17,243 nt of DNA from Fibrobacteria bacterium (GTDB taxonomy: Bacteria; Fibrobacterota; Fibrobacteria; UBA11236), in the NCBI GenBank assembly GCA_043732185.1, contig JAYTHY010000008.1:1-17243 (forward strand), given 5' to 3'. The position numbers and the translations under genes were made by a program. The notes beneath the pieces are model-generated. The model searched no databases. It saw only the letters and a program-made list of their open reading frames with translations, and was not told where the DNA came from. Shown in pieces: positions 17,176-17,243 of the stretch. The stretch's first letter is position 1, and the number at the start of each line of letters is the position of its first letter.

Positions 17176-17243
17176 TCATGTCATTTCGGAAATTTTTTCA
17201 AGCCCGCTTTTGATCAGGGATAGCTGCAGCTCCAGGTCCACCC
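17176..17243 (-). CDS. Probable 3' end of a gene entering from the right edge
   Basis: Open frame VDLELQLSLIKSGLEKISEMT* ends with TGA at 17176-17178. Its composition is more GC-rich than the adjacent ORF. Too short to identify. Confidence 0.4.
   Translation of the reverse strand, partial: VDLELQLSLIKSGLEKISEMT

Overview
Bacterial chromosomal window of moderate GC. The left end holds the 5' 790 codons of glycine dehydrogenase gcvP (minus strand, running off the window and so absent from the ORF track), divergent from asd, then a small hypothetical gene. Positions 3913-15579 are one uninterrupted minus-strand run. It opens with a tightly coupled carotenoid operon: a CarH/LitR-type B12 photoreceptor-regulator, crtB, an exported helical protein of unknown function, an acyltransferase, a GT2 glycosyltransferase, crtI, a fused membrane-type lycopene cyclase and crtZ. 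It continues directly into an MpaB/DUF2236 (Lcp-like) heme oxygenase, msrA, eboA, eboB and a secreted sugar-binding-domain protein. Purine nucleoside phosphorylase is divergent from the regulator, and an AT-rich, probably truncated ORF lies at the right end. The main hypothesis is a B12/light-controlled photo-oxidative-stress locus in which an isoprenoid C=C-cleaving heme oxygenase is appended to the carotenoid pathway. Smaller signals are a 24-bp His-His repeat that continues past the oxygenase stop codon, a 31-bp operator-like palindrome and a Glu-to-Cys change in the B12-binding motif of the regulator. No rRNA, tRNA, CRISPR array or mobile element was recognised. All family assignments come from motifs recognised by eye, not from database searches.
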